DNA of 64,000 nucleotides, from positions 1,504,001 to 1,568,000 of the forward strand of contig OY759974.1 in the NCBI GenBank assembly GCA_963662945.1, written 5' to 3'. The first letter of the stretch is position 1. The number at the start of each line of letters is the position of its first letter. The DNA is from Arcobacteraceae bacterium (lineage in GTDB: Bacteria > Campylobacterota > Campylobacteria > Campylobacterales > Arcobacteraceae). A program made the translations under genes and the position numbers. Shown here in pieces: positions 47,823 to 58,449 of the stretch. The notes below the pieces were generated by a model. It was not told where the DNA came from. It made no database searches and saw only the letters and a list, made by a program, of their open reading frames with translations.

Positions 47823-49028
47823 ATGATAACACTAGAAAATATTCAACAAGCAAAACAAAGATTACAAACAATTATAAGACCTACACCATTGGCTTACGCA
47901 CCAATTTTAAGCGCAAATAGTGGTGCAGATATATATTTAAAAAAAGAAAATTTACAATTAACAGGAAGCTTTAAACTTCGAGGTGCTTTTAATAAAATTG
48001 CAAAATTAACTCAAGAAGAAAGAGCAAAAGGGGTTGTTGCTGCAAGTGCGGGTAACCATGCGCAAGGGGTAGCATATAGTTCAAGACATTTTGGATGTGA
48101 AGCTACTATTGTGATGCCAGAAGCTACACCACTTTTAAAAGTAAGTGGTGTAAAATCGTATGGTGCAACTGTTGTACTTCATGGTGCAAATTATGATGAG
48201 GCTTATAAATATGCAACAGAGTTTGCTACAAAAAATGATAAAACATTTGTACACCCTTTTGCAGATGATGAGGTAATTGCTGGACAAGGTACGATAGCTT
48301 TAGAACTTTTAGAAGAGTTGGAAGATATTGATGTAGTGATAATTCCAATAGGTGGTGGTGGACTTATCTCTGGAATTGCAAGTGGATTAAAACAACTAAA
48401 ACCTTCTATTAAAATAGTTGGAGTTGTTGCAGCTGGTGCAAGAGCTATGAAAGAGTCATTTGATGCAAAAACTCCTATAGATTCAATATCAGTTAAAACA
48501 ATTGCAGATGGGATTGCAGTAAGAGATGTAACTCCTAAAATGTTAGATTATGTAGTAGAACTTGTTGATGAAATTATTGAAGTTGAAGACAATGAAATAG
48601 CATCTGCGATTTTATTTTTACTTGAACAACATAAACTTGTAGTTGAAGGTGCTGGGGCAACTGGAACAGCAGCTATTATGCACAATAAAATAGATCTAAA
48701 AGGGAAAAAAGTAGTTTTACCTTTAAGTGGTGGAAATATTGATGTAACAATGCTAGCTCAAATTATCGAAAAAGGTTTGGTAAAATCTTCAAGAAAAATG
48801 AATCTAATAGTAACACTTATAGATAAACCAGGTAGTTTAAAAATGCTTACTCAAATATTTGAAAATTTGAGTGCAAATATTGTTCAAATAGATTATGATA
48901 GAGATTCTGTAGCACTAGATTTTGGTGATGCAAATGTTACTATTGCTTTAGAAACAAAAGGGGAAGAACACCAACAATCAATTCGTGATAGTCTTAAAAG
49001 TGCGGGATATAGATTTAAAGAGTTATGA
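47823..49028 (+). CDS. ilvA: Threonine ammonia-lyase with C-terminal ACT domain
   Basis: KKENLQLTGSFKLRGA (PLP Lys), ASAGNHAQG, IGGGGL, SGGNID, DKPGSL. Confidence 0.93.
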   Translation: MITLENIQQAKQRLQTIIRPTPLAYAPILSANSGADIYLKKENLQLTGSFKLRGAFNKIAKLTQEERAKGVVAASAGNHAQGVAYSSRHFGCEATIVMPEATPLLKVSGVKSYGATVVLHGANYDEAYKYATEFATKNDKTFVHPFADDEVIAGQGTIALELLEELEDIDVVIIPIGGGGLISGIASGLKQLKPSIKIVGVVAAGARAMKESFDAKTPIDSISVKTIADGIAVRDVTPKMLDYVVELVDEIIEVEDNEIASAILFLLEQHKLVVEGAGATGTAAIMHNKIDLKGKKVVLPLSGGNIDVTMLAQIIEKGLVKSSRKMNLIVTLIDKPGSLKMLTQIFENLSANIVQIDYDRDSVALDFGDANVTIALETKGEEHQQSIRDSLKSAGYRFKEL

Positions 49029-51979
49029 AAGAAGAAATTCAAGGGATATTAGAAGATAAATCAATTCTTTTAACACAGCAGTATTTTAAACTTCAGGAGT
49101 TATTTGAAGCGAAGTATGGAAAAGATACTGTTGTTTTGATGGAGGTTGGAACTTTTTTTGAGACCTATGAAGTAAACAATGACGAGGAAAAAATAGGGAA
49201 AGCTAAAGAGATAGCGGAACTTTTAAATATTCAACTCACACGAAAAAACAAATCAATCCTTGAAAACTCACAAACAAATCCACTTATGGCAGGTGTACCT
49301 GCTGTTTCTTTTGAAAAACATATCAACCGTATTATTCAAGAACAAAAATACACTATTGCAATTATCAAACAAATTGGGATGCCACCAAATGTAAAAAGAG
49401 TATTAGATGCAATTATCTCTCCTGGTACAAACTTTGACTTTGCAGTAAGTTCAGATGAAAATAATATCACTTCAATCACAGTTGACCAAGTAAGAGGAAA
49501 TTATCTTATTGGATATAGTGCTATAGATGTTACAACAGGAAAATGTTTTTTCAATGAGATGTTTGGAACTAGTGAAGACCCAAGTTTTGCACTTGATGAA
49601 GTATTTAACTATATGAATATGCACAAAACTAGTGAAGTTGTTATCACATTTTTGGATAAAAACATTAATCAAAAAGAGGTATGTGAATATCTTGAGTTAT
49701 CTGGTAAAACTTTTCATATCTTAACTATGCGACCAAAAATAGCTTATCAAAATGAGCTTTTTAGAAATGTATTTGATATTCAGTCACTTCTTACTCCAAT
49801 AGAACATCTTAATATGGAGAGATATGCTCTTGCGAGTGAGAGTTTAGCCATACTTATAGATTTTGTTATAGGGCATGATAGTAAGATTATAGAGAAGCTT
49901 TCGTATCCTGTAAAACTTGATGTAAGCAAATATATTTATCTTGGAAATAATGCCCTTGAACAGTTAAATATTTTAGAAATGCCCCATCAACCAAATCTTT
50001 TAAAGCTTATTAACCATACATCAACAGCTATGGGGAAAAGACTTTTAAAAGAGCGACTTACACATCCTATAAAAGATGAAAAAGAGTTAAATAGACGTTA
50101 TAAATTAAGTGCAGATTTGTATGATTATCATGCTCCTATTGAAAATAGTTTGAGTAATATTTATGATATTGAGAGATTAACACGAAGAATAAAACTGAAT
50201 CGTCTTCATCCTTTTGAGTTGAATTATTTGTATGATTCTTTAGGCAGTATCAAAGAGATAGTAAAATTTATGGAAAACTATAACTTTGTCAAACCACCTT
50301 GTAGTAGTGAAGATATTGAAATTTTTATCAAAACTATTGAAGAGACTTTTGATTTGTCTTGTAGTGGGAAGTTTATGTTAAAAGATATTGATTCTAACAT
50401 GATAGCACGAGGAATTGATAGTAAAGTTGATGAGTTAATAAAACAAAATGAGCTATTAGAAGAGAAGCTTGATATTTTTGTAGAGCATATTTTAAAATAT
50501 TTAAAAAGTGATGATAAAAATCTTATCTCTGTAACAAGGCTAGGGAAAGAGGGCTTTTTTATAGGACTTACTAAAAATAGATATTCGTCAATCAAAAAAG
50601 AGCTTTTAGAGTCTCATCTGATAATAGATGATGAGTTGTATCTTTTTAAAGATTTTTCTATAAAAGTACAAACCACAAGTGTTAAAATAACCAATAAATT
50701 AACAGCAACTATCTCAGACCAGTATGTACATAACCTACAAAAAATAATAGCTCTAAATAAAGTGATATTTAAAGAGAAGATAGAATACTATGAGAAAAAA
50801 TTTGCCTCTATGCTTTTGGATTTGGTTTCATTTATAGCTGAGGTTGATTTAACAGTTTCAAATATAAAAATAGCAAAAAAATACAACTTTGTACAACCAA
50901 AGATTATAAAGCAAGAGGAAGTGAAAACTAACTTTTTAGAGCTTATAGATTTACGACACCCTATAATAGAATCAAGTGAAGAGAATGGTATCTATGTACC
51001 AAATGATATAGTTTTAGGGGATTTAACAAAAGTTTCAAAAGAGCATCAAGAGAATTTGATAGTGAAAAATTCTAAGTATGATAATATGCTTGACAACAAA
51101 ATGCATGGTATTTTACTCTATGGGATAAACAGCAGTGGTAAAAGTTCTTTGATGAAGTCTATTGGTATTGCAGTTATCATGGCGCAAGCTGGTTTTTATG
51201 TCCCTTGTAAATCTATGAGATTTTGCCTTTTTGATGAGGTGTTTACAAGAATCTCTGGAAGTGATAATATCGCAAAAGGGTTGTCTTCATTTGCAGTTGA
51301 GATGCTGGAGTTAAAAAATATCTTTAATCGTGCAACACCAAATTCACTGATACTTGGAGATGAGATAAGTCATAGTACAGAAACTATGAGTGGTGTAAGT
51401 ATCGTTGCAAGTGCAATCCTTAAACTTGCCTCTTTAAAATCACAGTTTGTATTTGCTACCCATTTACATCAGCTACCAGAGATAGAGGAGATAGAGAAGT
51501 TAAAAAATATCATCTGTTTACATTTAAGTGTATTGTACAACGAAGAGGATGACAAACTTGTTTTTAATAGAAAACTTTCTTATGGAAGTGGAAGTAGTAT
51601 GTATGGTTTAGAGTTTGCAAAATCTCTTCATATGGATAGAGAGTTTTTAACTGTTGCAAATAGTATAAGAAAAAGACTCACAGATGATTATGATACATTA
51701 GAAAGATTATCTCAAAAGAAAACGAGTACCTACAACAAAGATTTATACGTAACTTCGTGTGCTATATGTGGAGCAAAAGTTGATGATGTACACCATATCA
51801 AAGAACAACAACGTGCTGACGAAAAAGGTTTTATAGGACATATAAATCAAAACCATAAATTCAACCTTATTCCACTTTGTAAAAAACACCATAAGCTAGT
51901 GCATGAGGGGAAGATAAATATCAATGGATTTGTAACCACATCAAAAGGCTTAGAACTGCACTATAGCAGTGTTGAGTAG
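49025..51979 (+). CDS. mutS: MutS-family mismatch-binding ATPase with C-terminal HNH nuclease (MutS7-like)
   Basis: GTFFETY (F-x-E), RHPIIE, GINSSGKS, SSFAVEM, ILGDE, FATHLH; C-terminal CAICG...HHI...N...NLIPLCKKHHKLVH. Confidence 0.92.
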   Translation: MKEEIQGILEDKSILLTQQYFKLQELFEAKYGKDTVVLMEVGTFFETYEVNNDEEKIGKAKEIAELLNIQLTRKNKSILENSQTNPLMAGVPAVSFEKHINRIIQEQKYTIAIIKQIGMPPNVKRVLDAIISPGTNFDFAVSSDENNITSITVDQVRGNYLIGYSAIDVTTGKCFFNEMFGTSEDPSFALDEVFNYMNMHKTSEVVITFLDKNINQKEVCEYLELSGKTFHILTMRPKIAYQNELFRNVFDIQSLLTPIEHLNMERYALASESLAILIDFVIGHDSKIIEKLSYPVKLDVSKYIYLGNNALEQLNILEMPHQPNLLKLINHTSTAMGKRLLKERLTHPIKDEKELNRRYKLSADLYDYHAPIENSLSNIYDIERLTRRIKLNRLHPFELNYLYDSLGSIKEIVKFMENYNFVKPPCSSEDIEIFIKTIEETFDLSCSGKFMLKDIDSNMIARGIDSKVDELIKQNELLEEKLDIFVEHILKYLKSDDKNLISVTRLGKEGFFIGLTKNRYSSIKKELLESHLIIDDELYLFKDFSIKVQTTSVKITNKLTATISDQYVHNLQKIIALNKVIFKEKIEYYEKKFASMLLDLVSFIAEVDLTVSNIKIAKKYNFVQPKIIKQEEVKTNFLELIDLRHPIIESSEENGIYVPNDIVLGDLTKVSKEHQENLIVKNSKYDNMLDNKMHGILLYGINSSGKSSLMKSIGIAVIMAQAGFYVPCKSMRFCLFDEVFTRISGSDNIAKGLSSFAVEMLELKNIFNRATPNSLILGDEISHSTETMSGVSIVASAILKLASLKSQFVFATHLHQLPEIEEIEKLKNIICLHLSVLYNEEDDKLVFNRKLSYGSGSSMYGLEFAKSLHMDREFLTVANSIRKRLTDDYDTLERLSQKKTSTYNKDLYVTSCAICGAKVDDVHHIKEQQRADEKGFIGHINQNHKFNLIPLCKKHHKLVHEGKININGFVTTSKGLELHYSSVE

Positions 51980-52034
51980 TAATAATAAATATAATTAAAA
52001 AAGTGAAATAATTAATTTTAATTTATGGTTTCTA

Positions 52035-52077
52035 TGATAAAATTTGTATAAGATGAATGGTGGTTAGTAACCATTCA
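52035..52077 (+). promoter_or_regulatory. hpf promoter (extended -10) and 5' UTR hairpin
   Basis: TGATAAAAT at 52035-52043; hairpin TGAATGGT (52054-52061) / ACCATTCA (52070-52077). Confidence 0.55.
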
Positions 52078-52098
52078 CTTTAATACAAGGAGTATACT

Positions 52099-52641
52099 AT
52101 GAATACAAGTATAGTAGGAAGACATGTTACTTTAACAGATGATTTGAAATTACACATTGAAAGTACAATAGATACATTTAAAAAATACAATTTAGATATG
52201 ATCTCTGTAAATGCAATTGTTTCACAAGAGCAAAAACATGGTAAAAATGTAATAACATTTGAATATGTACTAAATATAGCAAATATTGATACAGTAGTTG
52301 TTAAACAAAAAGATAAAGATTTACATAGTGCAATTGATATAGCTACAGATAGAGTTTGTAAAATATTAAGAAGACACGCTGATAAAATAAAAGCACATGA
52401 TGCTACAAAATTAACAGATTTAGAGATAGCGGAGCAAGAAGATAATATTGCAAAAGAGCTTGAAAAATTAGACTCGGAGATAGTTCCTATGAAATTAGAA
52501 TCTTATAAACCTATAGAGATTGAAGAGGCTTTAAATGAACTAAAAGGAAGTGATGCACAATTTAAAGTGTTCTATGACATGGATGATAATTTTAGAGTAT
52601 TATATAAAATGAAAGATGGAAAAAGTTTCGGTTTATATTAA
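52099..52641 (+). CDS. hpf: Ribosome hibernation promoting factor (long HPF/RaiA)
   Basis: IVGRHVTLTD, DLHSAIDIA.DR..K.LRR..DK; C-terminal KP..IEEA...FKVF...VLYK..DGK.FGL. Confidence 0.92.
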   Translation: MNTSIVGRHVTLTDDLKLHIESTIDTFKKYNLDMISVNAIVSQEQKHGKNVITFEYVLNIANIDTVVVKQKDKDLHSAIDIATDRVCKILRRHADKIKAHDATKLTDLEIAEQEDNIAKELEKLDSEIVPMKLESYKPIEIEEALNELKGSDAQFKVFYDMDDNFRVLYKMKDGKSFGLY

Positions 52642-52663
52642 TAGATAGATTTATTTTCGAAGG

Positions 52664-52693
52664 AAGGGGTAAGTGAAAGCTTACCCCTTTTTT
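52664..52693 (+). terminator. Rho-independent terminator after hpf
   Basis: AAGGGGTAAG-tgaaag-CTTACCCCTT followed by TTTT. Confidence 0.9.
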
Positions 52694-52780
52694 AATGTCA
52701 AATTTTTTTTAAAGACCTTGGCAAGACTTCTTTATGATACTATTTTATGTAGTATATTGAGAAAACAAGCGGAGCGAGAA

Positions 52781-53602
52781 ATGAAAAATTACTCACAAAT
52801 AGTAGATTGGAGTGATGTATATAATATAGGACATGATAAAGTCGATAGTGAACATAAAAAACTTTTTGAGTTAGCGACTATAGTAGCTAGCAGTATAGAT
52901 GATAAAGAGGTTTTACTTAAAAGTATAAAAGAACTCGTCAAGTACACAAAATTTCATTTTGCAAATGAAGAACAATATATGAAATCCATAAATTTTCCAT
53001 TTTTAGAAGAGCATAAACAACTTCATAAAAATATTGTAGATAAAGTAAATGAAATCTTAGTACAGCTTAATAGTATGCCTCCTACTGATATAGCATTACA
53101 ATTATCTGTATTTATTAAAGAAAATATTATAAACCACATTTTAACCGAAGATAAAAGAGTGCATCATTTTAGAAGAAATAGAAAAGAGCTCATTGAGATA
53201 TTTCAATGGAGAGATTTATATAAAATTGAAAATAATAAAATAGATGAAGAGCATAAAAAACTTTTTGATATTGCTTTGAGAACATTAGAATATAAAGATG
53301 GAAATATTAAACAACATATACGAGATGTACTTATAGAGTTATATGACTATATGAAAGTTCATTTTACAAATGAAGAACAATATATGGAAGAAATTGGATA
53401 TGAAAATAGAGAAGAACATAGTAAAATTCATGAAAAAATTATAGTACATCTCAATGAATTTATAAAAAAACTTCCAACAATAAGTATTGAAAAATTTGAA
53501 AGACTATTGATTGAGTATATGGATGTATGGCTGATTAATCATATTATATGTGAAGATCAGAAAATAATATGTAACCAAAAAATAATACAATACAACAGTT
53601 AA
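52781..53602 (+). CDS. Tandem two-domain bacteriohemerythrin
   Basis: Two copies of W...D.EHKKLF...HF.NEE.YM...H...H...HI..ED. A GGAG RBS precedes the ATG at 52781; the ORF-track start at 52673 lies inside the terminator. Confidence 0.92.
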   Translation: MKNYSQIVDWSDVYNIGHDKVDSEHKKLFELATIVASSIDDKEVLLKSIKELVKYTKFHFANEEQYMKSINFPFLEEHKQLHKNIVDKVNEILVQLNSMPPTDIALQLSVFIKENIINHILTEDKRVHHFRRNRKELIEIFQWRDLYKIENNKIDEEHKKLFDIALRTLEYKDGNIKQHIRDVLIELYDYMKVHFTNEEQYMEEIGYENREEHSKIHEKIIVHLNEFIKKLPTISIEKFERLLIEYMDVWLINHIICEDQKIICNQKIIQYNS

Positions 53603-53698
53603 GGTTAAAATTCTAGAGTTTAAAGCTTTTTTGTACTATAATTATTACTTAAACTTATATTTAATAAGTACTAATTATTACTATAATAAGGAAAGAAT

Positions 53699-56356
53699 AT
53701 GCAAAAAATTCTGGGAACTCTATCATTAAAAGCGAAATTACAAATTTTAACATTTATACCATTAGCAGGTTTACTTTATTTTATTATAACAACGGTAATT
53801 CAATCTTATACCCAAACACAAAATATGCAACGATTAGCACCTCTTGTTCATGTTACAAATAATATTGCTAAAATTTTAAATGAACAACAAATAGAAAGAG
53901 GATACACTGCAGGATTTATAAGTAGTCACGGAGAAAACTTTGAAAATGAATTAATGACTCAAAGAAAAAAAGTAGATAAACTTTATACTGATACAAAAGA
54001 TTTTATTTTAGCTATGGAAGTAAAAGCTGAAATAAAAGATTTACTTGAAAAACAAACTTCTTCTGTATATACAAGATTAAATGGAGTAAGAGCAGAGATT
54101 AGAAAAAATAATGTAAGAAATACACGGGCAACTAATGCTCTTAATTTTTATACCTCAATGAATAATAGTTTACTTGAAACACTATTATTATTAACACATT
54201 ATAGTGATAATGCAAAAATTACAGCTCAAATAATTGCATATTACAACATATTAGCAACAAAAGATGATACAGAATTAATTAGATCTTATGGTTTAAATAC
54301 TATTAATGAATTGGATAATATTACAGATGAAAATGATAATAGTAAAAATATTCTTTATGGACAAATTAAGTTAAAATCAGTTCTTGCTTCAGAAGATTTG
54401 AAATTGATAGTATTTTTAAAAGTAGCAAGTAAAGATACTCTTGCTTTTTATGAAAAGATAATAAAAACTGTTAATCTAGATAATTATAATGAATTTGTAA
54501 GATCTTTAGCAAATGATGAAGATTTAGAATTGTATCAAGGTGAAGGTGAAAAGTTTTTTAAACTTGCAACTCAAAAAGTTGTAATGTTTCAACAAATTGA
54601 GAAACATGTATCTAGTAATATTAAAAACTATATTGAAAAACTTAAAAAAGAAGCACAAAGTGCATTTATTAGTAATGTAGTTTTGGGTATTGTTATCTTA
54701 CTTCTTACCCTTATTTTAGGATTAATGATTTATAAAAGAATTGATTCAGATATGAAACTTTTAAAAACAAATTTATTAGGATTTTTTGATTTTGTATCAA
54801 AAAAACAAGATGATATTCATATCAGAGATGTAGAAGGAAGTGATGAGTTTGCAGTACTTATTAATACGATTAATAAAGAAGCTTTAAAAACTAAAGATTT
54901 AGCAAGTAAAGATAATATTGTATTAAAAGAGATAGATGAAACAATAAGTAGAGTTGAAAATGGTTTTTTTACTTATAATATAAAAGCTGAAGCTGGAAGT
55001 GATTCTGTAAAACTTTTAAAAGATAATGTAAATAATATGATTAATACAACAAAAGAAAAGTTAGACACACTTAATCTTATTTTAGAATCTTATGGGCAAT
55101 ATAAATATGATTTTAAATTAAATGCCGAACAAAGAAAAGGGATGGCTGGAGACATCGGTACATTAAGTACATCATTGCTAGCTTTGGGAGAAGATATTTC
55201 AATATTTATGGCAACTTTTAGTAATGTTGTAGATAATTTAAACAACAATACAAATATATTATTAGATACATCATCATCTCTTTCTAATTCATCAAATAAA
55301 CAAGCAGCATCATTGGAAGAAACAGCGGCATCAATTGATGATATTACTACAACAATTAAATCAAATACATCGAATGTAGCAAGGATGTCAAATATTTCTG
55401 ATGAACTTCAAGATAAAGCACATAAAGGCAATACTTTAGCAAGTGATACATCAAAAGCTATGGAAGAGATAAACGAAAAAATTAATCAAATCAATGAAGC
55501 AATTAGTGTAATTGATCAAATAGCATTCCAAACAAATATTCTCTCACTTAATGCAGCAGTAGAAGCAGCAACAGCAGGTGAAGCTGGAAAAGGATTTGCA
55601 GTAGTTGCTCAAGAAGTTAGAAACCTAGCTTCAAGAAGTGCAGATGCAGCAAATGAAATTAAACAATTAGTAGAAGATGCAACACAAAAAGCCACAAGTG
55701 GAAAACAGATATCAACAAGTATGATTGATGGTTATAGTGAACTCAATGAGAAGATAATACAAACAAAAACGATTATTGATGATGTAACTGTTGCTTCAAG
55801 GGATCAACAAAATAAAATAGAACAAATAAATGCGGCTATTTCACAAATTGATCATATGACGCAAGAAAATGCTTCAAATGCAAATAATCTGAATCAAATC
55901 TCAACAGAAGTTGAGAAGTTATCTAAAGAGATTGAAGCAACTATTTCTCAAGCCCAATTTAGTGAAGAGTATAAAAAGATTGTTTGTAATCCAAATCTTG
56001 CACATACAATATCATCATATAAACGTTATCATATATCTTTTAAAAGCGATAATTTTAAAAAATTAAATGAGTTTTCTGCTTTTGCAGTAACTGATCACAA
56101 AAATTGTGATATGGCTAAATGGATAGCACAACAAGAATCTAATCAAGAGTCTTTTACGAAAGTATCTTCTTGGGATGAGTTGAAAAAAACACATGAAAAT
56201 TTTCATACAAGTATACAAGAATATATCAATGATAATGCATCAAATGTAAACCAAGAACAATTAGAGAAAAAAGCATTGATTATAGAAGAAAATACACTGG
56301 ATGTATTTGAAAAATTAAATAATGTTTTAAAAGAAAATTGTAATAAAAATTATTGA
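53699..56356 (+). CDS. Methyl-accepting chemotaxis protein: NIT-like periplasmic domain and C-terminal CZB
   Basis: Two TMs; [12 protein letters not shown] (NIT-like); [35 protein letters not shown]...DHKNC..AKW...HENFH. Confidence 0.92.
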   Translation: MQKILGTLSLKAKLQILTFIPLAGLLYFIITTVIQSYTQTQNMQRLAPLVHVTNNIAKILNEQQIERGYTAGFISSHGENFENELMTQRKKVDKLYTDTKDFILAMEVKAEIKDLLEKQTSSVYTRLNGVRAEIRKNNVRNTRATNALNFYTSMNNSLLETLLLLTHYSDNAKITAQIIAYYNILATKDDTELIRSYGLNTINELDNITDENDNSKNILYGQIKLKSVLASEDLKLIVFLKVASKDTLAFYEKIIKTVNLDNYNEFVRSLANDEDLELYQGEGEKFFKLATQKVVMFQQIEKHVSSNIKNYIEKLKKEAQSAFISNVVLGIVILLLTLILGLMIYKRIDSDMKLLKTNLLGFFDFVSKKQDDIHIRDVEGSDEFAVLINTINKEALKTKDLASKDNIVLKEIDETISRVENGFFTYNIKAEAGSDSVKLLKDNVNNMINTTKEKLDTLNLILESYGQYKYDFKLNAEQRKGMAGDIGTLSTSLLALGEDISIFMATFSNVVDNLNNNTNILLDTSSSLSNSSNKQAASLEETAASIDDITTTIKSNTSNVARMSNISDELQDKAHKGNTLASDTSKAMEEINEKINQINEAISVIDQIAFQTNILSLNAAVEAATAGEAGKGFAVVAQEVRNLASRSADAANEIKQLVEDATQKATSGKQISTSMIDGYSELNEKIIQTKTIIDDVTVASRDQQNKIEQINAAISQIDHMTQENASNANNLNQISTEVEKLSKEIEATISQAQFSEEYKKIVCNPNLAHTISSYKRYHISFKSDNFKKLNEFSAFAVTDHKNCDMAKWIAQQESNQESFTKVSSWDELKKTHENFHTSIQEYINDNASNVNQEQLEKKALIIEENTLDVFEKLNNVLKENCNKNY
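55511..55653 (+). repeat. 143-bp segment repeated in inverted orientation at 59150-59292
   Basis: Six mismatches counted by eye; 59 contiguous identical bp at 55514-55572. Confidence 0.88.
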
Positions 56357-56417
56357 TAGATTAAGTTTAATATTATACTATACAAAAATATTTAATAATA
56401 AAAATAAAGTAGTGTAG

Positions 56418-56978
56418 ATGATAAAAATAGCAGTATTAGCTTCCCATAATGGAAGTGGATTTGAAGCATTATATAATGCTTCAAAAGCCAAAGAATTAGA
56501 TATCGAGATTGTTGTAGTTATTTCAAATAATACAAATGCTGAAATTTTAAAAAGAGCAAATTTATATAAAATAGATAATTTTATAGTAAATCAGAAATTG
56601 TGCGATGATGTTGATGCAAAAATTGAACAAATATTACGAGAGTATAATTGTGATTATGTTTTTTTAAGTGGCTATATGAAAAAAATTTCCTCTTCTTTAT
56701 CTAAAAATTTTAAAATATTAAATTCTCACCCAGCACTTTTGCCAAAATATGGTGGTGCTGGTATGTATGGTAGATTTGTTCATGAAGCGGTTATCCATAA
56801 TAACGAAAGAGAAAGTGGTGTAACAATTCATGAAGTAAATGAAAACTATGATGAAGGGAAAATTATTTTACAAGAAAGCATTGATTTAGATGAAAATGAA
56901 ACAGTTGATAGCTTAGAGTCTAAAGTAAAAAACTTAGAACAAAAAGCTATAGTTGCGGCTTTTAAAAAGCTACTTTAA
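56418..56978 (+). CDS. purN: Phosphoribosylglycinamide formyltransferase
   Basis: AVLASHNGS, LSGYMK, NSHPALLPKYGG.GMYG..VH, SGVTIH.V...YDEG.II.Q. Confidence 0.93.
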   Translation: MIKIAVLASHNGSGFEALYNASKAKELDIEIVVVISNNTNAEILKRANLYKIDNFIVNQKLCDDVDAKIEQILREYNCDYVFLSGYMKKISSSLSKNFKILNSHPALLPKYGGAGMYGRFVHEAVIHNNERESGVTIHEVNENYDEGKIILQESIDLDENETVDSLESKVKNLEQKAIVAAFKKLL

Positions 56979-57575
56979 TCCAGTAAGTAAAAATATAGGG
57001 AAATCTTTATGGGGTTTTTTAGCCACACTCACTTCATGTATCTCTAGTTGTCTAAATCCAGCTTCTTTAGCACATTTAAGGATGAAGTCTTCATTAAAAC
57101 CAAAATGAAATACACCAGTATCATCAGAATGAAAACTTCCATCTTCTGTATATAAATCTGACAGTGCAATAGTACCATTCTCGTCTAACATATTATGAAA
57201 CTTTTTAAATAACTCTAAGATATCTTCTACATGATGTAATGTCATAGAAGATATAATTCCATCAAATTTTTTGTCAATTGTACTTTTTGACAGGTCTAAT
57301 TCTAAAATTTCTAAATCACAAGCAACCAAATCTTTATTTGCTTTGAGTTCTTCAATCATAGATTTTGACATATCTATCCCAGTAATTTTTCCTACATATG
57401 GTGCAATTTCTATACTTAAAAGTCCTGTACCACTCCCAAAATCCATAATATGCATATCTTTTGTATAGGATATTTTTTTTATCATTCCATCAGCAATTGT
57501 TTGTACATTTCGTACACGTTTACTATCTTTACTATATGTTTTTGATTTATTTTCAAAATAATCTTTTTTTTCCAT
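56970..57575 (-). CDS. Class I SAM-dependent methyltransferase
   Basis: MDFGSGTGLL, GIDMSKSM, SSMTLHHVED, EDGSFH. Confidence 0.9.
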   Translation of the reverse strand: MEKKDYFENKSKTYSKDSKRVRNVQTIADGMIKKISYTKDMHIMDFGSGTGLLSIEIAPYVGKITGIDMSKSMIEELKANKDLVACDLEILELDLSKSTIDKKFDGIISSMTLHHVEDILELFKKFHNMLDENGTIALSDLYTEDGSFHSDDTGVFHFGFNEDFILKCAKEAGFRQLEIHEVSVAKKPHKDFPIFLLTGLK

Positions 57576-57586
57576 TTAATTCCTTT

Positions 57587-58009
57587 TTAAAATGGCGCTT
57601 TGCCAGTCCAGTCTCGTATAAGTTTAATTTCATCTTTTGTTAACTTTGCATCTTCATGAAGTGAAAGATAGCTTGAAAGTGGCATAGCAGCATAAACAGT
57701 CCTAAAAATCTCTTTCAGCTTATCATCTTTTTGTTTTTCAGTATAATTTCCCCAAGTTGAAAAGTTTAACCATTGTCTTCCTAAATCAACATGTTTTTTA
57801 ATTAGAAAAGAAGCTGGTGCAATTGATGCATACCAAGGTCTGTTAACATTGTTTGAATGACAATCATAGCAAGAACGTTTAAAAATAGCCATAACTTCTG
57901 GAGGAGCTTTAATCTCCAAGTTTTTATCAGTTTCTGGATTTTCAATTTCAGAAGGGATAAATTGTAATAATACGAATATTCCAAAAAGAATCATCAAAAT
58001 TTTTTTCAT
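57587..58009 (-). CDS. Exported monoheme cytochrome c (haem-binding domain family)
   Basis: Signal/TM segment, SCYDCHS (CxxCH), PWY...AP, LNFS.W, MPL..Y...H. Confidence 0.88.
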   Translation of the reverse strand: MKKILMILFGIFVLLQFIPSEIENPETDKNLEIKAPPEVMAIFKRSCYDCHSNNVNRPWYASIAPASFLIKKHVDLGRQWLNFSTWGNYTEKQKDDKLKEIFRTVYAAMPLSSYLSLHEDAKLTKDEIKLIRDWTGKAPF

Positions 58010-58064
58010 TTAATTCCTTGATTTAGTGGAAGTATAAATGATTTTTCATTTATACCTAATATTT

Positions 58065-58433
58065 TTAGAGTCCAAGATTATCAAGGACTTTATTTTCAAC
58101 ATCTCGTAAACTTACAAAAGGTTTTGTAACATAATCAGTTGCACCTGTTTTATTTGCGTGTATTACTTTATCAACAGTTGAGTATGCTGTCATCATAATT
58201 ATTTTTTGATTAGGGTTAGTAGTTTTTACTTCATCTAAAAAATCTAAACCATTCATTTGTGGCATCATGATATCTAATAAAACCAAATCAAATTTTCCTT
58301 GTTTTACACTTTCAAGTGCATTTTTTGGATTTGAAAATGTTTCAATATCAAACTTTTCACTTCGAAGTAAAAATCTCTCAAGTGTATCTAAAATATCTTG
58401 TTCATCATCTATTATTGCTATTTTTTTATTCAT
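58065..58433 (-). CDS. Single-domain response regulator
   Basis: IIDDE, LLDIMMPQMNG, MMTA, YVTKPF. An AAGGAG RBS precedes the ATG at 58433. Confidence 0.92.
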   Translation of the reverse strand: MNKKIAIIDDEQDILDTLERFLLRSEKFDIETFSNPKNALESVKQGKFDLVLLDIMMPQMNGLDFLDEVKTTNPNQKIIMMTAYSTVDKVIHANKTGATDYVTKPFVSLRDVENKVLDNLGL

Positions 58434-58449
58434 CTCAAACTCCTTTGTT

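Noticed and set aside
51758-51904. HNH as a homing endonuclease or intein
   Set aside because: It is an in-frame C-terminal domain of MutS with no splicing motifs or insertion boundaries.
52673-52780. N-terminal extension of the hemerythrin ORF
   Set aside because: It begins inside the hpf terminator; the RBS supports the ATG at 52781.
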